This document shows positions 1-11,125 of a stretch of DNA of 64,000 bases, in pieces; position 1 is the first letter of the stretch, and every line of letters begins with the position of its first letter. Source of the DNA: Paracoccus aestuarii. Lineage in GTDB: Bacteria > Pseudomonadota > Alphaproteobacteria > Rhodobacterales > Rhodobacteraceae. The position numbers and the translations under genes are program-made. The stretch is taken from NCBI RefSeq assembly GCF_028553885.1, contig NZ_CP067169.1, forward strand, positions 2,222,385 through 2,286,384, given 5' to 3'. Under the pieces are notes generated by a model. That model saw nothing but the letters and a program-made list of their open reading frames with translations, was not told the origin of the DNA and searched no databases.

Positions 1-166
1 GCGCCTGGTCCAGCATCGGCACGGTCTGGGTCAGGTCCAGGATGTGGATGCCGTTGCGGTCGCCATAGATGAACTCGCCCATGCGGGGGTTCCAGCGCTG
101 CGTCTGGTGGCCATAGTGAACGCCAGCTTCCAAGAGCTGACGCAGCGAGAATTCGGGAAGCGCCAT
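1..166 (-). CDS. rpsB: 30S ribosomal protein S2, N-terminal 55 aa; the gene continues beyond the window start
   Basis: The reverse-strand translation from the ATG at 166-164 reads [55 protein letters not shown], the highly conserved S2 N-terminus. Not in the ORF track because it is truncated. Confidence 0.85.
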   Translation of the reverse strand, partial: MALPEFSLRQLLEAGVHYGHQTQRWNPRMGEFIYGDRNGIHILDLTQTVPMLDQA

Positions 167-437
167 AACGTGTTCCTTTCCGGTTTGCGCCTTGGCAGGG
201 GATCTCAGGGCGGATGCCCCAACCGGTGGACCTTTTGCGGATGTCTCCCGCAAGGGCCCGCCCCTGCCTGTGAAGTCCGTGCGCCATAGCGCCAGTTTCC
301 GCCGCGCGCAAGGGGAAAGGCCGCGACACGGGGCGGGATAGCGATAACATCAGCCCTGCCGGGGGTTTGGTTGGGCTTGCATCGCGCGGGGCTTTGCGGT
401 CAGGTCGGGGGTGAAATCCCCTGCCCGAAGGTGTGCC

Positions 438-1076
438 ATGACCCCCGCTGCCCAGTCCCAGAAGACCAAAGCCCTGTGCCGGCTGGCCCCGGTCATCCCG
501 GTCATCGTCATCAAGGACGCGGCCCATGGCGCGGATCTGGCGCGCAGCCTGGTCGCGGGCGGGCTGCCGGTCCTTGAGGTGACGCTGCGATCCGATGCGG
601 CGCTGGACGCGATCCGCGCGATGTCGCGGGTCGAGGGCGGCCATGTCGGCGCGGGGACCGTCCTGACGCCCGACGACGCGAAACGCGCGCGCGATGCGGG
701 GGCGACCTTCGCCGTCTCGCCCGGTCTGACCGACCGCCTGATTGCCGCCTGCGAGGAGATCGGCCTGCCCCTGCTGCCCGGCGCCGTCACCGCGTCCGAG
801 GTGATGCGGGCCTCCGACGCGGGCTTTGACATGCTGAAATTCTTTCCGGCCGAGGCCGTGGGCGGCGCGCTCGCGCTGAAATCGCTGGCGGGCCCCCTGC
901 CCCGCGTCAGCTTCTGCCCGACGGGCGGGGTGACCCCGCAGAACGCGGGCAGCTATCTGTCCCTGCCCAACGTCGTCTGCGTCGGCGGCAGCTGGATCGT
1001 CACGGATGCCGACATGGCCTCCGGCAACTGGCAGGCCATCGAGGATCGCGCGCGTCAGGCCTCCGCCCTGGCATGA
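438..1076 (+). CDS. eda: 2-dehydro-3-deoxyphosphogluconate (KDPG) aldolase / KHG aldolase
   Basis: Contains KDPG-aldolase family motifs (PVIVIKD, LEVTLRS, FCPTGGV); the ATG at 438 was chosen inside the longer alternative-start ORF 411-1076. Confidence 0.8.
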   Translation: MTPAAQSQKTKALCRLAPVIPVIVIKDAAHGADLARSLVAGGLPVLEVTLRSDAALDAIRAMSRVEGGHVGAGTVLTPDDAKRARDAGATFAVSPGLTDRLIAACEEIGLPLLPGAVTASEVMRASDAGFDMLKFFPAEAVGGALALKSLAGPLPRVSFCPTGGVTPQNAGSYLSLPNVVCVGGSWIVTDADMASGNWQAIEDRARQASALA

Positions 1077-1086
1077 CCGAACTGGC

Positions 1087-2285
1087 ATGACCGATCTGGC
1101 CCGCGCGCGGCGCAACGTCACCGTCCTGGTCCTGGCCCAGGCCGTGCTGGGCGCGCAGATGTCGATCATCTTCATCATCGGGGCGCTGGCGGGCCAGGTG
1201 CTGTCGCCGCATCCCTGCCTGGTGACGCTGCCCCTGTCGATGATCATCCTGGGATCGGCCCTGTCGGCGCGGCCCTTGGCCCGGTTCATGCAGGCGCGGG
1301 CCGGCAGGCGGGGTTCCTGCTGGCGGTGCTGGCTGGGGGGCTGGGGGCGGCGGTCTCGGCCTCGGGGCTGTGGATCGGGTCCTTCTGGCTGTACATGGCC
1401 GGATCGGCGCTGACCGGGGTCTATATGGCCGCGCAGGGGTTCTATCGTTTCGCGGCGACGGATGTGGCACCCGCGGATTACGCGCCCAAGGCGATATCCT
1501 GGGTGATGGCGGGCGGGCTGGCGGCGGCGATCATCGGTCCGGCCATCGTGCGCATGACCAGCGACCTGACCGCGGTGCCCTTCCTTGCGACCTATCTGGC
1601 GGTGATCGGGCTGAACCTGGCGGGGCCGTTCCTCTTCGCCTTCCTGGACATCCCGCGCCCGCCCGCCGTCTCGGCCGACGGGGATGGCGGACGGCCGATG
1701 GGCTGGATCCTGCGCGAGCCCACGATCCTGGTCGCGATGATCTGCGGCATGGTCTCCTATGCGCTGATGAACTTGGTGATGACCTCGACGCCTCTGGCGG
1801 TGGTGGGCTGCGGATATGCGACCTCGGACGCGGCCAATATCGTCAGCGCGCATGTACTGGCCATGTTCGCGCCCAGCTTCGTCACCGGGCACCTGATCGC
1901 GCGCTTCGGCGCGCCGCGGATCGTGGGGGCGGGGCTGACCATCCTGGGGCTGGCCGGGGCGGTGGCGCTGACCGGCGTGGATCTGGGCCAGTTCTACCTG
2001 TCGCTGATCCTGCTGGGGGTGGGCTGGAACTTCGGCTATATCGGCGCGACGGCCATGCTGACCCGCGCCCACAGCCCGCAGGAGCAGGGCCGCGTCCAGG
2101 GCATGAACGATTTCGTCGTCTTCACCGGCGTCTTCCTGGCCTCGCTGTCATCGGGCGGGCTGATGAATTGCGCGGGCGGGTCGGTGGTGGCCGGGTGGAA
2201 CGCGGTGAACCTGGCGATGCTGCCCTTCCTGGTGCTGGCGGGCGGGGCGCTGATCTGGCTGCGGATGCGCCCGCAGCCAGCGTGA
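1087..2285 (+). CDS. MFS transporter with an apparent +1 frame change near 1300-1306
   Basis: Two overlapping ORFs (1006-1413 frame 1; 1326-2285 frame 0) together give a 12-TM MFS-like protein. Frame 1 reads ...ARFMQARAG and frame 0 continues RQAGFLLAVLAGGLGAAV...; a one-base gap in a G/C run joins them. Confidence 0.6.
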
Positions 2286-2291
2286 TGTGGG

Positions 2292-3860
2292 TCAGAGCAG
2301 GGATTTCTGCTCTGGCGCAGGCTTGGCGCGCCTGGCCCGCGGGGCCACGGGCCGCGCCTCGGTCGCGCCATCGGCGAATTCCACCCGGAACTGGGGGGTG
2401 ACCCCGGCCTTGGCCGCGCTGGTGATCAGCCCGTCGGGACCGTGGACCACGGCAAATCCGCGCTTCAGCGTCTCGTGGTAACCCAAGGTCAGGCGCATCC
2501 GGTCCAGCCGCTCCAATCGGTCCTTGCGGGCCTGCAGGATGCGGCCTTGGGCGGCGCTCAGGCGGCGGGTCAGATCCGCCAGGCGCGCGCCCTGCTGGTC
2601 GATCGCGCGCCGTGTCGTGGCGGTCACCCGCGCCAGCGAGCGGTCCAGCCGTTCCTGCATCTGGGCCAGCCTGTCGCGCGGGCGTTCCAGCCGCCGCAGC
2701 CGGGCCTGATCCAGCCGCGCCGCCGCGCGGTCCAGCCCGTGGCGCTTGGCCTGGGTGAACTGGCGCAGCGTCGCCGCCGGGATCGGGCGCGAGGCCAGCC
2801 GGTGCCGCCGCGTCTGGACCAGCTGGCGCAGCGCGGGCTCCAGCCGGGCGCCGAAGATGTCCAGCCGCTGGCGCGGCCCCTCGACCAGGGCGGCGGGACG
2901 GCCCATCGCGCGGGCCAGGTCCTGCAGGCGCTGGCGCGGCCGCTGGATCGCCAGCGCGCTGGATCGCGCCATCCGGGCCGAGGCCTCGGCCAGCCGCGCG
3001 GCCAGATCGGCGCGGACGGGCACGGCCATCTCGGCCGCGGCGGTGGGGGTGGGGGCTCGGCGATCGGCGGCAAAGTCGATCAGCGTCGTGTCCGTCTCGT
3101 GCCCCACGGCCGAGATCAACGGGATCGCACTGTCCGCCGCGGCGCGCACGACGATCTCCTCGTTGAAGCCCCAGAGGTCCTCAAGGCTGCCGCCGCCACG
3201 GGCCACGATGATCAGGTCGGGCCGCGGGACCGCGCCCCCCGGTTGCAGATCGTTGAAGCCGCGGATCGCCGCCGCCACCTGCCCCGCGCAGGCCTGGCCC
3301 TGCACCGCGACCGGCCAGATCAGCACATGGGTCGGAAAGCGGTCGCGCAACCGGTGCAGGATGTCGCGGATCACCGCACCCGAGGGCGAGGTCACCACCC
3401 CGATCACCCGCGGCAGCGCGGGCAGCGGCCGCTTGCGGTCCTGATCGAACAGCCCTTCGGCTGCCAGCGCCTTGCGACGCTTCTCCAGCATCGCCATCAG
3501 CGCGCCGGCGCCCGCAGGCTCGATCTGATCAACGATCATCTGGTATTTCGACTGGCCCGGAAAGGTCGTCAGCCGCCCGGTGGCGATGACCTCCATCCCC
3601 TCCTCGGGGCGCTGCGCCAGGCGGGCGGCCTGGCCCTTCCAGGTCACCGCGGCCAGCACCGCCCGGTCGTCCTTGAGATCGAAATAGAGATGCCCGGACC
3701 CCGGCCGCGAGACACGCCCGATCTCGGCCCGCACGCGGACGCGGCCGAACTGGTCCTCGATGCTGCGCTTTACCGCGCCGGACAGTTCCGACACGGTGAA
3801 TTCATGCGCGTTGCTGCCCGCCTCGGGGCCCTCGTCCATGTCGTCGTCCAACAGATCCAT
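2292..3860 (-). CDS. xseA: exodeoxyribonuclease VII large subunit
   Basis: 522 aa with an OB-fold N-terminus and the XseA catalytic core (VIGVVTSPSGAVIRDI..., ARGGGSLEDLWGFNEE); divergent from purD, as is typical. Confidence 0.85.
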   Translation of the reverse strand: MDLLDDDMDEGPEAGSNAHEFTVSELSGAVKRSIEDQFGRVRVRAEIGRVSRPGSGHLYFDLKDDRAVLAAVTWKGQAARLAQRPEEGMEVIATGRLTTFPGQSKYQMIVDQIEPAGAGALMAMLEKRRKALAAEGLFDQDRKRPLPALPRVIGVVTSPSGAVIRDILHRLRDRFPTHVLIWPVAVQGQACAGQVAAAIRGFNDLQPGGAVPRPDLIIVARGGGSLEDLWGFNEEIVVRAAADSAIPLISAVGHETDTTLIDFAADRRAPTPTAAAEMAVPVRADLAARLAEASARMARSSALAIQRPRQRLQDLARAMGRPAALVEGPRQRLDIFGARLEPALRQLVQTRRHRLASRPIPAATLRQFTQAKRHGLDRAAARLDQARLRRLERPRDRLAQMQERLDRSLARVTATTRRAIDQQGARLADLTRRLSAAQGRILQARKDRLERLDRMRLTLGYHETLKRGFAVVHGPDGLITSAAKAGVTPQFRVEFADGATEARPVAPRARRAKPAPEQKSLL

Positions 3861-3922
3861 GCGTCTTGTTCCCTTGTCCGGGCCAGACTAGAACGCCGCA
3901 AGATCAAGCGAAAGGGCGGCAG

Positions 3923-5179
3923 ATGAATATCCTGATCCTGGGCGGCGGCGGGCGCGAACATGCGCTGGCCTGGGCGATCCGGCAGAACCCGAAATGCGAC
4001 CGGCTGATCGTCGCACGGGGCAATGCGGGCATCGCTGGCGTCGCGGAATGCGCCGATCTGGACATCCTTTCGCGCGCCGACGTGCTGGAATTCGCCCAAG
4101 GCAATGCCATCGACTTCGTGATCATCGGCCCCGAGGCGCCCCTGGCGGCGGGCGTGTCCGACGCGCTGCGGGATGCCGGCTTCCTGGTCTTCGGCCCGTC
4201 GCAGGCCGCCGCCCAGCTCGAGGCCTCCAAGGCCTTCACCAAGGAGATCTGCGATGCCTGCGGCGCCCCCACCGCGGCCTGGGCGCGCTTCGACACGGCC
4301 GGCCCCGCGCGCGATTACGTCACAGCCCAAGGCGCGCCCATCGTCATCAAGGCCGACGGTCTGGCGGCGGGCAAGGGCGTCACCGTGGCCGAGACCCTCG
4401 ATCAGGCGCTCGCTGCCATCGACGCGATCTTCGACGGCGAATTCGGCGACACCTCGGTCGTGATCGAGGAGTTCATGGCGGGCGAGGAGGCCAGCTTCTT
4501 CATCCTCTCGGACGGGACCGACTGCCTGCCCATCGGCACGGCCCAGGACCACAAGCGCGTGGGCGACGGCGATACCGGTCCCAATACCGGCGGCATGGGC
4601 GCCTACAGCCCCGCCCCGGTGCTGACGCAGGCCATCCAGGACCAGGTGATGGACCGGATCGTGCGCCCCACCATCGCCACGATGGCCGACAGGGGCATGC
4701 CGTTCCAAGGCATCCTCTATGCCGGGCTGATGATCCAGGACGGTCAGGCGCGGCTGGTCGAATACAATGTCCGCTTCGGCGATCCCGAATGCCAGGTGCT
4801 GATGATGCGGCTCGGCGCGCAGGCCCTCGACCTGCTCCTGGCCTGCGCCGAGGGGCGGCTGGCCCAGGCCGCCGTCACCTGGGCCGATGATCACGCCCTG
4901 ACCGTGGTCATGGCCGCCGAGGGCTATCCCGGCGCCTATGAAAAAGGCAGCCGGATCAACAATCTGGACCGTCTTCCTGAAACCAGCTTCCAGATGACCT
5001 TCCACGCAGGCACCGCCACGCGCGACGGCGCGATCATCGCCACCGGAGGCCGGGTCCTGGCCTGCACCGGCCGCGGCGCCACCTTGGCCGAGGCCCATGC
5101 CCGCGCCTATGCCCTGGTCGACGGCATCGACTGGCCGCAGGGCTTCTGCCGCCGCGACATCGGCTGGCGCGCGCTCTGA
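3923..5179 (+). CDS. purD: phosphoribosylamine--glycine ligase
   Basis: MNILILGGGGREHALAWA... ATP-grasp PurD signature; the ATG at 3923 follows an AAGGGCGG ribosome-binding site. Confidence 0.9.
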   Translation: MNILILGGGGREHALAWAIRQNPKCDRLIVARGNAGIAGVAECADLDILSRADVLEFAQGNAIDFVIIGPEAPLAAGVSDALRDAGFLVFGPSQAAAQLEASKAFTKEICDACGAPTAAWARFDTAGPARDYVTAQGAPIVIKADGLAAGKGVTVAETLDQALAAIDAIFDGEFGDTSVVIEEFMAGEEASFFILSDGTDCLPIGTAQDHKRVGDGDTGPNTGGMGAYSPAPVLTQAIQDQVMDRIVRPTIATMADRGMPFQGILYAGLMIQDGQARLVEYNVRFGDPECQVLMMRLGAQALDLLLACAEGRLAQAAVTWADDHALTVVMAAEGYPGAYEKGSRINNLDRLPETSFQMTFHAGTATRDGAIIATGGRVLACTGRGATLAEAHARAYALVDGIDWPQGFCRRDIGWRAL

Positions 5180-5248
5180 CGCAAGAAGCCGACCCACACC
5201 GGGCCGGCTTCTCCGTTGTCCAAATACCCCCGCCGGAGGCGGACCCGC

Positions 5249-6268
5249 TCAGCCCGTCGAATAAAGGCCCTCATAGATCGGCAGCAGCGTGTCCGTCTCG
5301 AACAGGCTGGAGACCGAGGTGCCGTTCCAGATGTTCAGCACGGCCTGGGCGAACATCGGCGCGGTCGGCACGATGCGGATGTTCGATGCCGCCTTCACGG
5401 CCTCGGTGGGCTGGATCGAATCGGTGATGACCAGCGATTTCATGACCGATTTCTCGACCCGCTCGACCGCCGGGCCGGACAGCACGCCATGACTGATATA
5501 GGAATGCACCTCGGTCGCGCCATTGTCGACCAGCAGCTGCGCCGCCTTGCACAGCGTGCCGGCCGTGTCGCAGATGTCGTCCACGATGATGCAGGCCTTG
5601 CCCGCCACATCGCCGATCACGGTCATCTCGGCGACCTCGCCCGCCTTCTCGCGGCGCTTGTCGACAATGGCCAGGGGCGCGCCGATCCGCGTCGCCAGTT
5701 CGCGCGCGCGGGCCACGCCGCCCACATCGGGCGACACGACCATCAGATCGCCCATCCGCCCCTTGAAATGATGCTGCACGTCCAGCGCAAAGACCGGCGC
5801 CGCATAGAGGTTGTCCACCGGAATGTCGAAGAACCCTTGGATCTGCGCCGCATGCAGGTCCAGCGTCAGCACCCGGTCGATGCCCGCATTGGTCAGCAGG
5901 TTCGCGACCAGCTTGGCGGTGATCGGCGTGCGGGCCTTGGCGCGGCGGTCCTGGCGGGCATAGCCGAAATAGGGGATCACGGCGGTGATGCGCGCGGCCG
6001 AGGACCGTTTCAGCGCATCGACCATGATCAGCAGTTCCATCAGGTTGTCATTGGCCGGGTTCGAGGTCGGCTGGATGATGTACATGTCCTCGCCGCGGAC
6101 ATTCTCATAGACCTCGACGAAGATCTCGGCATCGTTGAACCGCTCGACCCGCGCATCCAGCAGGTTCACGCTCATGCCGCGATGCATGGACATGCGCCGC
6201 GCGATGGATTGCGCCAGCGGGCGGTTGGCATTGCCGGAGATCAGCTTGGGTTCGGTCATGACGGGCAT
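5249..6268 (-). CDS. prs: ribose-phosphate pyrophosphokinase
   Basis: [20 protein letters not shown]... and the PRPP-binding motif [12 protein letters not shown]; the ATG at 6268 was chosen within the longer ORF 5249-6607. Confidence 0.85.
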   Translation of the reverse strand: MPVMTEPKLISGNANRPLAQSIARRMSMHRGMSVNLLDARVERFNDAEIFVEVYENVRGEDMYIIQPTSNPANDNLMELLIMVDALKRSSAARITAVIPYFGYARQDRRAKARTPITAKLVANLLTNAGIDRVLTLDLHAAQIQGFFDIPVDNLYAAPVFALDVQHHFKGRMGDLMVVSPDVGGVARARELATRIGAPLAIVDKRREKAGEVAEMTVIGDVAGKACIIVDDICDTAGTLCKAAQLLVDNGATEVHSYISHGVLSGPAVERVEKSVMKSLVITDSIQPTEAVKAASNIRIVPTAPMFAQAVLNIWNGTSVSSLFETDTLLPIYEGLYSTG

Positions 6269-6355
6269 GGGGGCTTGGCCTTTGGCGGTTGCGTCAGATT
6301 GCGGCTGCCTTAGCACCGCGCTAGCCTGCGGGCAAACCCGTAAAAGGACAGGACC

Positions 6356-6952
6356 ATGGCGCATATCGACTATTACCTCGGCACGATCAGCCCGTGGTGC
6401 TATCTGGCGGGCGACCGGCTGGAACGGATCGCCGCCCGCCACGGCGCGACGATCACCTACAAACCGCTGGACCTCCTGCAGCTCTTCGACCGCACGGGGG
6501 GCGTGCGCCCCGCCGACCGCCATGAAAGCCGCATGGCCTATCGCGCGCAGGAGCTGCCGCGTTGGGCCGATCATCTGGGCATGCCCCTGACCCTGCGGCC
6601 CGCGCATTGGCCGGTGAACATGGCGCCGTCCAGCTATGCGATCATCGCGGCCCAGGCCAGGGGCGGCGATGTGGGCGGGCTGGTCCAGGCCTTCCTGCGC
6701 GCGGTCTGGGCCGAGGAGCGCGACATCAGCGACGACGCCACCATCCGCGCGATCCTGACCGAACAGGGTTTCGACGCGGGCCTGGCCGATAGCGGCCTCT
6801 TCATCGGCGCCGAGACCTATGGCCGCAACCTGGAGGAGGCCGTGGCCGCCGGCGCCTTCGGCGCGCCCTTCTACATCATGCGCGAGACGGACCAGCGCTT
6901 CTGGGGCCAGGACCGGCTGGATTTCCTGGACCGCGCGCTGGCCGCCGCATGA
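6356..6952 (+). CDS. 2-hydroxychromene-2-carboxylate isomerase / DsbA-like thioredoxin-fold protein
   Basis: 198 aa; [18 protein letters not shown]... is a DsbA-like HCCA-isomerase family N-terminus with the CxxC-like PWCY motif. Confidence 0.65.
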   Translation: MAHIDYYLGTISPWCYLAGDRLERIAARHGATITYKPLDLLQLFDRTGGVRPADRHESRMAYRAQELPRWADHLGMPLTLRPAHWPVNMAPSSYAIIAAQARGGDVGGLVQAFLRAVWAEERDISDDATIRAILTEQGFDAGLADSGLFIGAETYGRNLEEAVAAGAFGAPFYIMRETDQRFWGQDRLDFLDRALAAA

Positions 6953-7725
6953 CCGGGGTGAACATCCGCCATTGGCCGGGCGATGCCGACGGCCCCGCCC
7001 TGGCGCTTCATTGCATGATGGGCAGCGCCGCCAGCTGGGGGCCCGTCGCCGAGGCCTTGGCGGGCCGCGTGGATCTGCGCGCCTTCGACATGCCCGGCCA
7101 TGGCCGCAGCGGCGACTGGATGCCGGGGGCGCAGGATCCCGATTACCACACGGCCGTCACCCGCATGGCGGCCGCGATGATCGACCGGCCGCTGGACCTG
7201 ATCGGCCACAGCTTCGGCGCGACGGTGGCGCTGCGCATCGCGGTGGCCGCCCCCGACGCGATCCGCAGCCTGACCCTGATCGAGCCGGTGCTGTTCGCCG
7301 CCGCGCCCTCGGCCGATCAGGACCGGCTGGATGCCGCCCTGGGCGATCTGCTGGCCGATGACCGCGACGCCGAGGCGGCGGCGCTGTTCCTGCGCGCCTG
7401 GAACGGCCAGGACCTGGCCGCCCTGCCCGCCCCGATCCAGGCCCAGCTGACGCGCCAGATCCGGCTGGTCTCCCTGACCGCCCCCGCCCTGCGCGAGGAC
7501 AGCGGCCGCATCCTGCGCGAGGGCGGGCTGGAATCGCTGGACGCGCCGGTGCTGCTGATCCGCGGTGCGGACAGCCCCCCGGTCATCGAGGCGATCGGCG
7601 ACGCCTTGGCCCACCGCCTGAACGATGTGGGCCGCGCGGTCGTGCCGGGGGCGGGGCACATGCTGCCCCTGACCCATCCCGCCCAGGTCGCGGGGCTGAT
7701 CGGCGCGAACCTGGACCGGGCATAG
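6949..7725 (+). CDS. alpha/beta-fold hydrolase
   Basis: GHSFG nucleophile elbow with HGRSG; ATGA start/stop overlap with the upstream gene. Confidence 0.7.
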   Translation: MTGVNIRHWPGDADGPALALHCMMGSAASWGPVAEALAGRVDLRAFDMPGHGRSGDWMPGAQDPDYHTAVTRMAAAMIDRPLDLIGHSFGATVALRIAVAAPDAIRSLTLIEPVLFAAAPSADQDRLDAALGDLLADDRDAEAAALFLRAWNGQDLAALPAPIQAQLTRQIRLVSLTAPALREDSGRILREGGLESLDAPVLLIRGADSPPVIEAIGDALAHRLNDVGRAVVPGAGHMLPLTHPAQVAGLIGANLDRA

Positions 7726-7806
7726 GATAATGAAGGACCGTTGCCGTGTGCGGTTCCGACGTGTCGGCGTAACAGTCCGTGCAAACATCTCTGCAGTGGC
7801 CTGATA

Positions 7807-8130
7807 CTAGAGCGTCTTCTTGGCACGCTCGTTCAACTCTTCGTGCGATAGCGCTGAAACCGGCTTGGCTATGGGTAGAAAAATCGATGCCCTTTGGGAA
7901 GTATTGGCGCAGATGCCGGATCGTGTCTTCGTCGGTGCAGCGGTGCCAAGGTGATTGCGGGCCGCAGAGGTGGACCTTGAGCCTCGTTGCCATGGTAAAC
8001 TTCGTACGATCCATCATCCGCGGTCTCAGGTCAGGGCCAGTAGAGGTCGCGCGGCAGCTCGCAAGCCCGTTTGTTCAGCGCCATGATGACGCTTGCGGGA
8101 TCGAGGTAGTATTGACGAAAGGGATTCATG
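7807..8130 (-). pseudogene. IS30-family transposase C-terminal fragment, frameshifted
   Basis: The reverse strand reads ...[47 protein letters not shown]..., matching the IS30 transposase C-terminal consensus ([25 protein letters not shown]...LN.RPRK); interrupted reading frame. Confidence 0.6.
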
Positions 8131-8162
8131 GGGTGGGCCGATCGTGATTCAAGCTGGTATCT

Positions 8163-8798
8163 GCGATGAAGGCCAGCTTGGCACGAGACCTGATGTCGGA
8201 TGAGGAATGGGCGTTTTACGAGTGCTTCATTCTGGCCGTGCGCGCCCCGAACGGACGCAAGCCCGCAAATCACCGCGTTGTTCTGGAGTGAGGCATGAGC
8301 CGCCACTGGTTCAAGGCCATGCCGAGCGCGGACCGGCTCTCCCTGGCGTGACTTCCCGTAAGAGTTCGTGAAGTGTTCCAGTGTCTACCGCCAGTTCCGG
8401 TGCTGGACCTTGGCGGGGTTGTGAGAGCAGATCCTCGAAGCGCCCAACGAAAGTCGTATCGTGCCAGATGCGCTGCAGATGATCGACAGCACTGTGATCC
8501 GCCCCCTCGTCAGGTAGCGGGCGCCAAAGGGGGACACCAAGACAGGGTTCTGGCCGTTCGAGAACGTCCGGTGGGAAAACGATCCACTGGATCGTTTTCT
8601 GGACCACCTCCCATTTTCACGACCAAGGTCCACCTGCGCGTCAATGCTGCCGGGCTGCCAATGAGTTCGGACATCGCGCCGGGACAGACATCGGGCTACC
8701 TGGGCTTTGCTCTGGTCATGAACGACAACCTGCCGGAGCCTTGTATCCTGCTGGCCGATCCCGTGTCAAAACTCGGCCAGCGCGGCGGCGCGGCGTGA
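8163..8798 (+). pseudogene. IS5-family transposase pseudogene with internal stops and frameshifts
   Basis: MKASLARDLMSDEEWAFYECFILAVRAPNGRKPANHRVVLE*, then in other frames ...SPWRDFPEEFGKCSSVYRQFRCWTLAGLWEQILEAPNESRIVPDALQMIDSTVIR... and GGHQDRVLAVRE...KVHLRVNAAGLPMSSDIAPGQTSGYLGFALVMNDNLPEPCILLAD. These are classic IS5 motifs but spread over three frames with stops. Confidence 0.65.
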
Positions 8799-9023
8799 CG
8801 CTTCCGGGTGGTTTGAGTTGCTCCACCGGTTTCCGGCAGCTGAGCTGGTCGTTCAGCCGAATGGCTGGCATGAGTGCCCCGGAGGCACCGCAAGGGGCTA
8901 CGGAGCGGCAATCATTCCTTGATGGCCTGCATCAGCCGCCGGATGCCGATCAGCGCCACCATCCGCTTGTTTGATCCCATGGTTTGATGGTGCAATCCTT
9001 TCGCAGGAATGGAAGGAAGCATT

Positions 9024-9983
9024 ATGGGACAAGTTCGTCACGGGAGCGCCACGACCACGCACGCTGTCAGAGCTGCAATACAGCGATCGCAAGCTTCGCT
9101 CGCGCAGCTGAGCCGGGAGCTCGGCATCAACCCAAAGACTGTCGCGAAGTGGCGCAAGCGCGAGACAGTTGAGGACCGTAAGACTGGGCCGAAGGAGCCA
9201 CGCTCCACGGTCTTGAGTGAGGCCGAGGAAGCAACAATCGTCGCGTTTCGGCGCCATACGCTGCTGCCGTTGGACGACTGCCTCTACGCTCTTCAGCCCT
9301 CTATCCCACATCTGACGCGCTCGGCGCTGCACCGATGCCTGCAGCGGAATGGCATTTCGCGACTGCCGGACGTGGGCGGGGACAAGCCCAAGCGTGCGAA
9401 GTTCAAGCGCTACCCGATAGGTTTCTTCCATATCGACATCGCCGAGGTGCAGACGGCCGAAGGCAAGCTCTTCCTCTTCGTAGCCATTGATCGCACCAGC
9501 AAATTTGCTGTCGTTCAATTGGCGGAAAAGGCCAACAGGAAAACCGCTTGGGAGTTCCTGGAGCACCTTCTGGACGTCGTGCCCTACCGCATCCACACGA
9601 TCCTGACCGATAATGGCATCCAGTTCGCAGAGCAGCCTCGAAACCGTAACACTCCTTACTCTCGGCAAATGCGGTTCGACATGATTTGCGAGGCAAACGG
9701 GATCGAGCATCGGCTGACCAAGCCCAACCACCCGTGGACGAATGGCCAAGTCGAGCGGATGAACAGGACGATCAAGGACGCGACCGTCAAGCGCTACCAC
9801 TACGACAGCCACAGCCAGCTGCGCACGCACCTCGCCGATTTCATCGCCGCCTACAATTTCGCACGCAGGCTCAAGACGCTGAGCGGTGTCACACCCTACG
9901 AATACATCTGCAAGGTCTGGACTTCAGAGCCAGACAGATTCATCGTCAATCCGATCCACCAGATGCCGGGACTGAACACCTAG
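9024..9983 (+). CDS. IS481-family DDE transposase; apparently intact, element roughly 8.95-10.01 kb
   Basis: HTH N-terminus followed by an rve integrase core (YPIGFFHIDIAEV..., TILTDNGIQF, NHPWTNGQVERMNRTIKDATV) typical of IS481 transposases. Confidence 0.8.
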   Translation: MGQVRHGSATTTHAVRAAIQRSQASLAQLSRELGINPKTVAKWRKRETVEDRKTGPKEPRSTVLSEAEEATIVAFRRHTLLPLDDCLYALQPSIPHLTRSALHRCLQRNGISRLPDVGGDKPKRAKFKRYPIGFFHIDIAEVQTAEGKLFLFVAIDRTSKFAVVQLAEKANRKTAWEFLEHLLDVVPYRIHTILTDNGIQFAEQPRNRNTPYSRQMRFDMICEANGIEHRLTKPNHPWTNGQVERMNRTIKDATVKRYHYDSHSQLRTHLADFIAAYNFARRLKTLSGVTPYEYICKVWTSEPDRFIVNPIHQMPGLNT

Positions 9984-10113
9984 CGGGCAGCCTCAGGTTT
10001 GCTCATGCCGAGACGCTTACCCTACCAGCCCGCCCGCGTGAATCCCGCGGCAGGCTGGAGTTCTGCAACAACGCCCATGGGAGGGATAGGTCGGTCTACC
10101 TGTTATTATTTAC

Positions 10114-10357
10114 TTGTTATACCGGCGCGGTGTTGGGTGGGCCACCTGTAATCGCATGAAGCGGGATCTGGCTTTGCGGACCCTGAACATGGCCATCGCG
10201 ATCCGCCGGCCGCCGCCAGGTTGCGTTCATCACACGGACCGCGGATCGCGATATTGCACTCATGTCTATCAGAAACTGCTGCGCAATAACGGGTTCAAGG
10301 TGCCCATGAGTGGCGAGCCCAATTTCCACGACAATTCCGCCGTCGAAAGCTTCTTTA
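10114..10357 (+). pseudogene. IS3-family orfB (integrase core) fragment, 5'-truncated and interrupted by an IS5 insertion
   Basis: ...VHHTDRGSRYCTHVYQKLLRNNGFKVPMSGEPNFHDNSAVESFF is the IS3 OrfB DDE-core consensus; the reading frame stops at the TA duplication of the inserted element. Confidence 0.7.
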
Positions 10358-10367
10358 GGGTCAGGAT

Positions 10368-10757
10368 TCATAACCAATAGATGACGGTTGCTGCGAGGGC
10401 GATGGCCGAGAGGAAGATCTTCGGACATCTGTCGTATCGCGTTGCCACACGCCTCCAGTCCTTGAGCCTGCCGAACATGATCTCGATGCGGCTTCGCCGC
10501 TTGTAGCGTCGCTTGTCATATTTGACCGGCGTCTTGCGTTGCCTCCGACCGGGGATGCAGGCGCGTATCCCCTTGTCCTGCAACGCCTCTCTCAACCAGT
10601 CAGCATCATAACTGCGATCGCCAAGCAGCCATTTGACCTTCGGCAGGCCGCTGAGCAGCGCCCGCGCTCCGATATAATCGCTCACCTGCCCGGCGGTGAT
10701 GAACAGGTCGAGCGGTCGTCCTTGGCTATCGCAGATGGCGTGCAGCTTGGTGTTCAT
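10368..10757 (-). CDS. IS5/IS427-group transposase OrfB (DDE domain), expressed by a frameshift from orfA
   Basis: MNTKLHAICDSQGRPLDLFITAGQVSDY...DRSYDADWLREAL...RRSRIEIMFGRLKDWRRVATRYDR is the IS427-group C-terminal half. Confidence 0.8.
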   Translation of the reverse strand: MNTKLHAICDSQGRPLDLFITAGQVSDYIGARALLSGLPKVKWLLGDRSYDADWLREALQDKGIRACIPGRRQRKTPVKYDKRRYKRRSRIEIMFGRLKDWRRVATRYDRCPKIFLSAIALAATVIYWL

Positions 10758-10777
10758 GCCGCCTTTGGTGCGACCGA

Positions 10778-11125
10778 TCAGGCGGCCACGCCCCCCTTTT
10801 TAACGGCCATACTGGTCGCTGTGCGATGAGCCTTCAGGTATGTCGCGTCGATCATCACGGTCGTCCCCTCACCGTGTTCTGCAGCGAGCCCGGCCATCAT
10901 CCGGGCAAAAATTCCCTTCCCGCTCCAACGCCTCCAACGGCTGTAGAGCGTCTTGTGAGGCCCATAGGCGGTGGGTGCATCACGCCAGCGCAAGCCATTG
11001 CGGATAATGAAGATAATCCCGCTGAGAACGCGCCTGTGATCAACGCGTGGCTTGCCGTGGGACTTCGGGAAATAGGGAGCGAGACGTGCGATCTGCGCGT
11101 CGGTCAGCCAGAAAAGGTCGCTCAT
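10778..11125 (-). CDS. IS5/IS427-group transposase OrfA
   Basis: MSDLFWLTDAQIARLAPYFPKSHGKPRVDHRRVLSGIIFIIRNGLRWRDAP... is the canonical IS427-group OrfA. Confidence 0.8.
   Translation of the reverse strand: MSDLFWLTDAQIARLAPYFPKSHGKPRVDHRRVLSGIIFIIRNGLRWRDAPTAYGPHKTLYSRWRRWSGKGIFARMMAGLAAEHGEGTTVMIDATYLKAHRTATSMAVKKGGVAA

Noticed and set aside
2442-3926. 494-aa ORF on the plus strand
   Set aside because: It is fully antisense to the well-conserved xseA. The high GC content suppresses stop codons in off-frames, and the sequence is low-complexity, Arg/Gly/Pro-rich, with no domain-like content.
8898-9830. 310-aa minus-strand ORF inside the IS481 element
   Set aside because: Antisense to the IS481 transposase gene, with no recognisable motifs.
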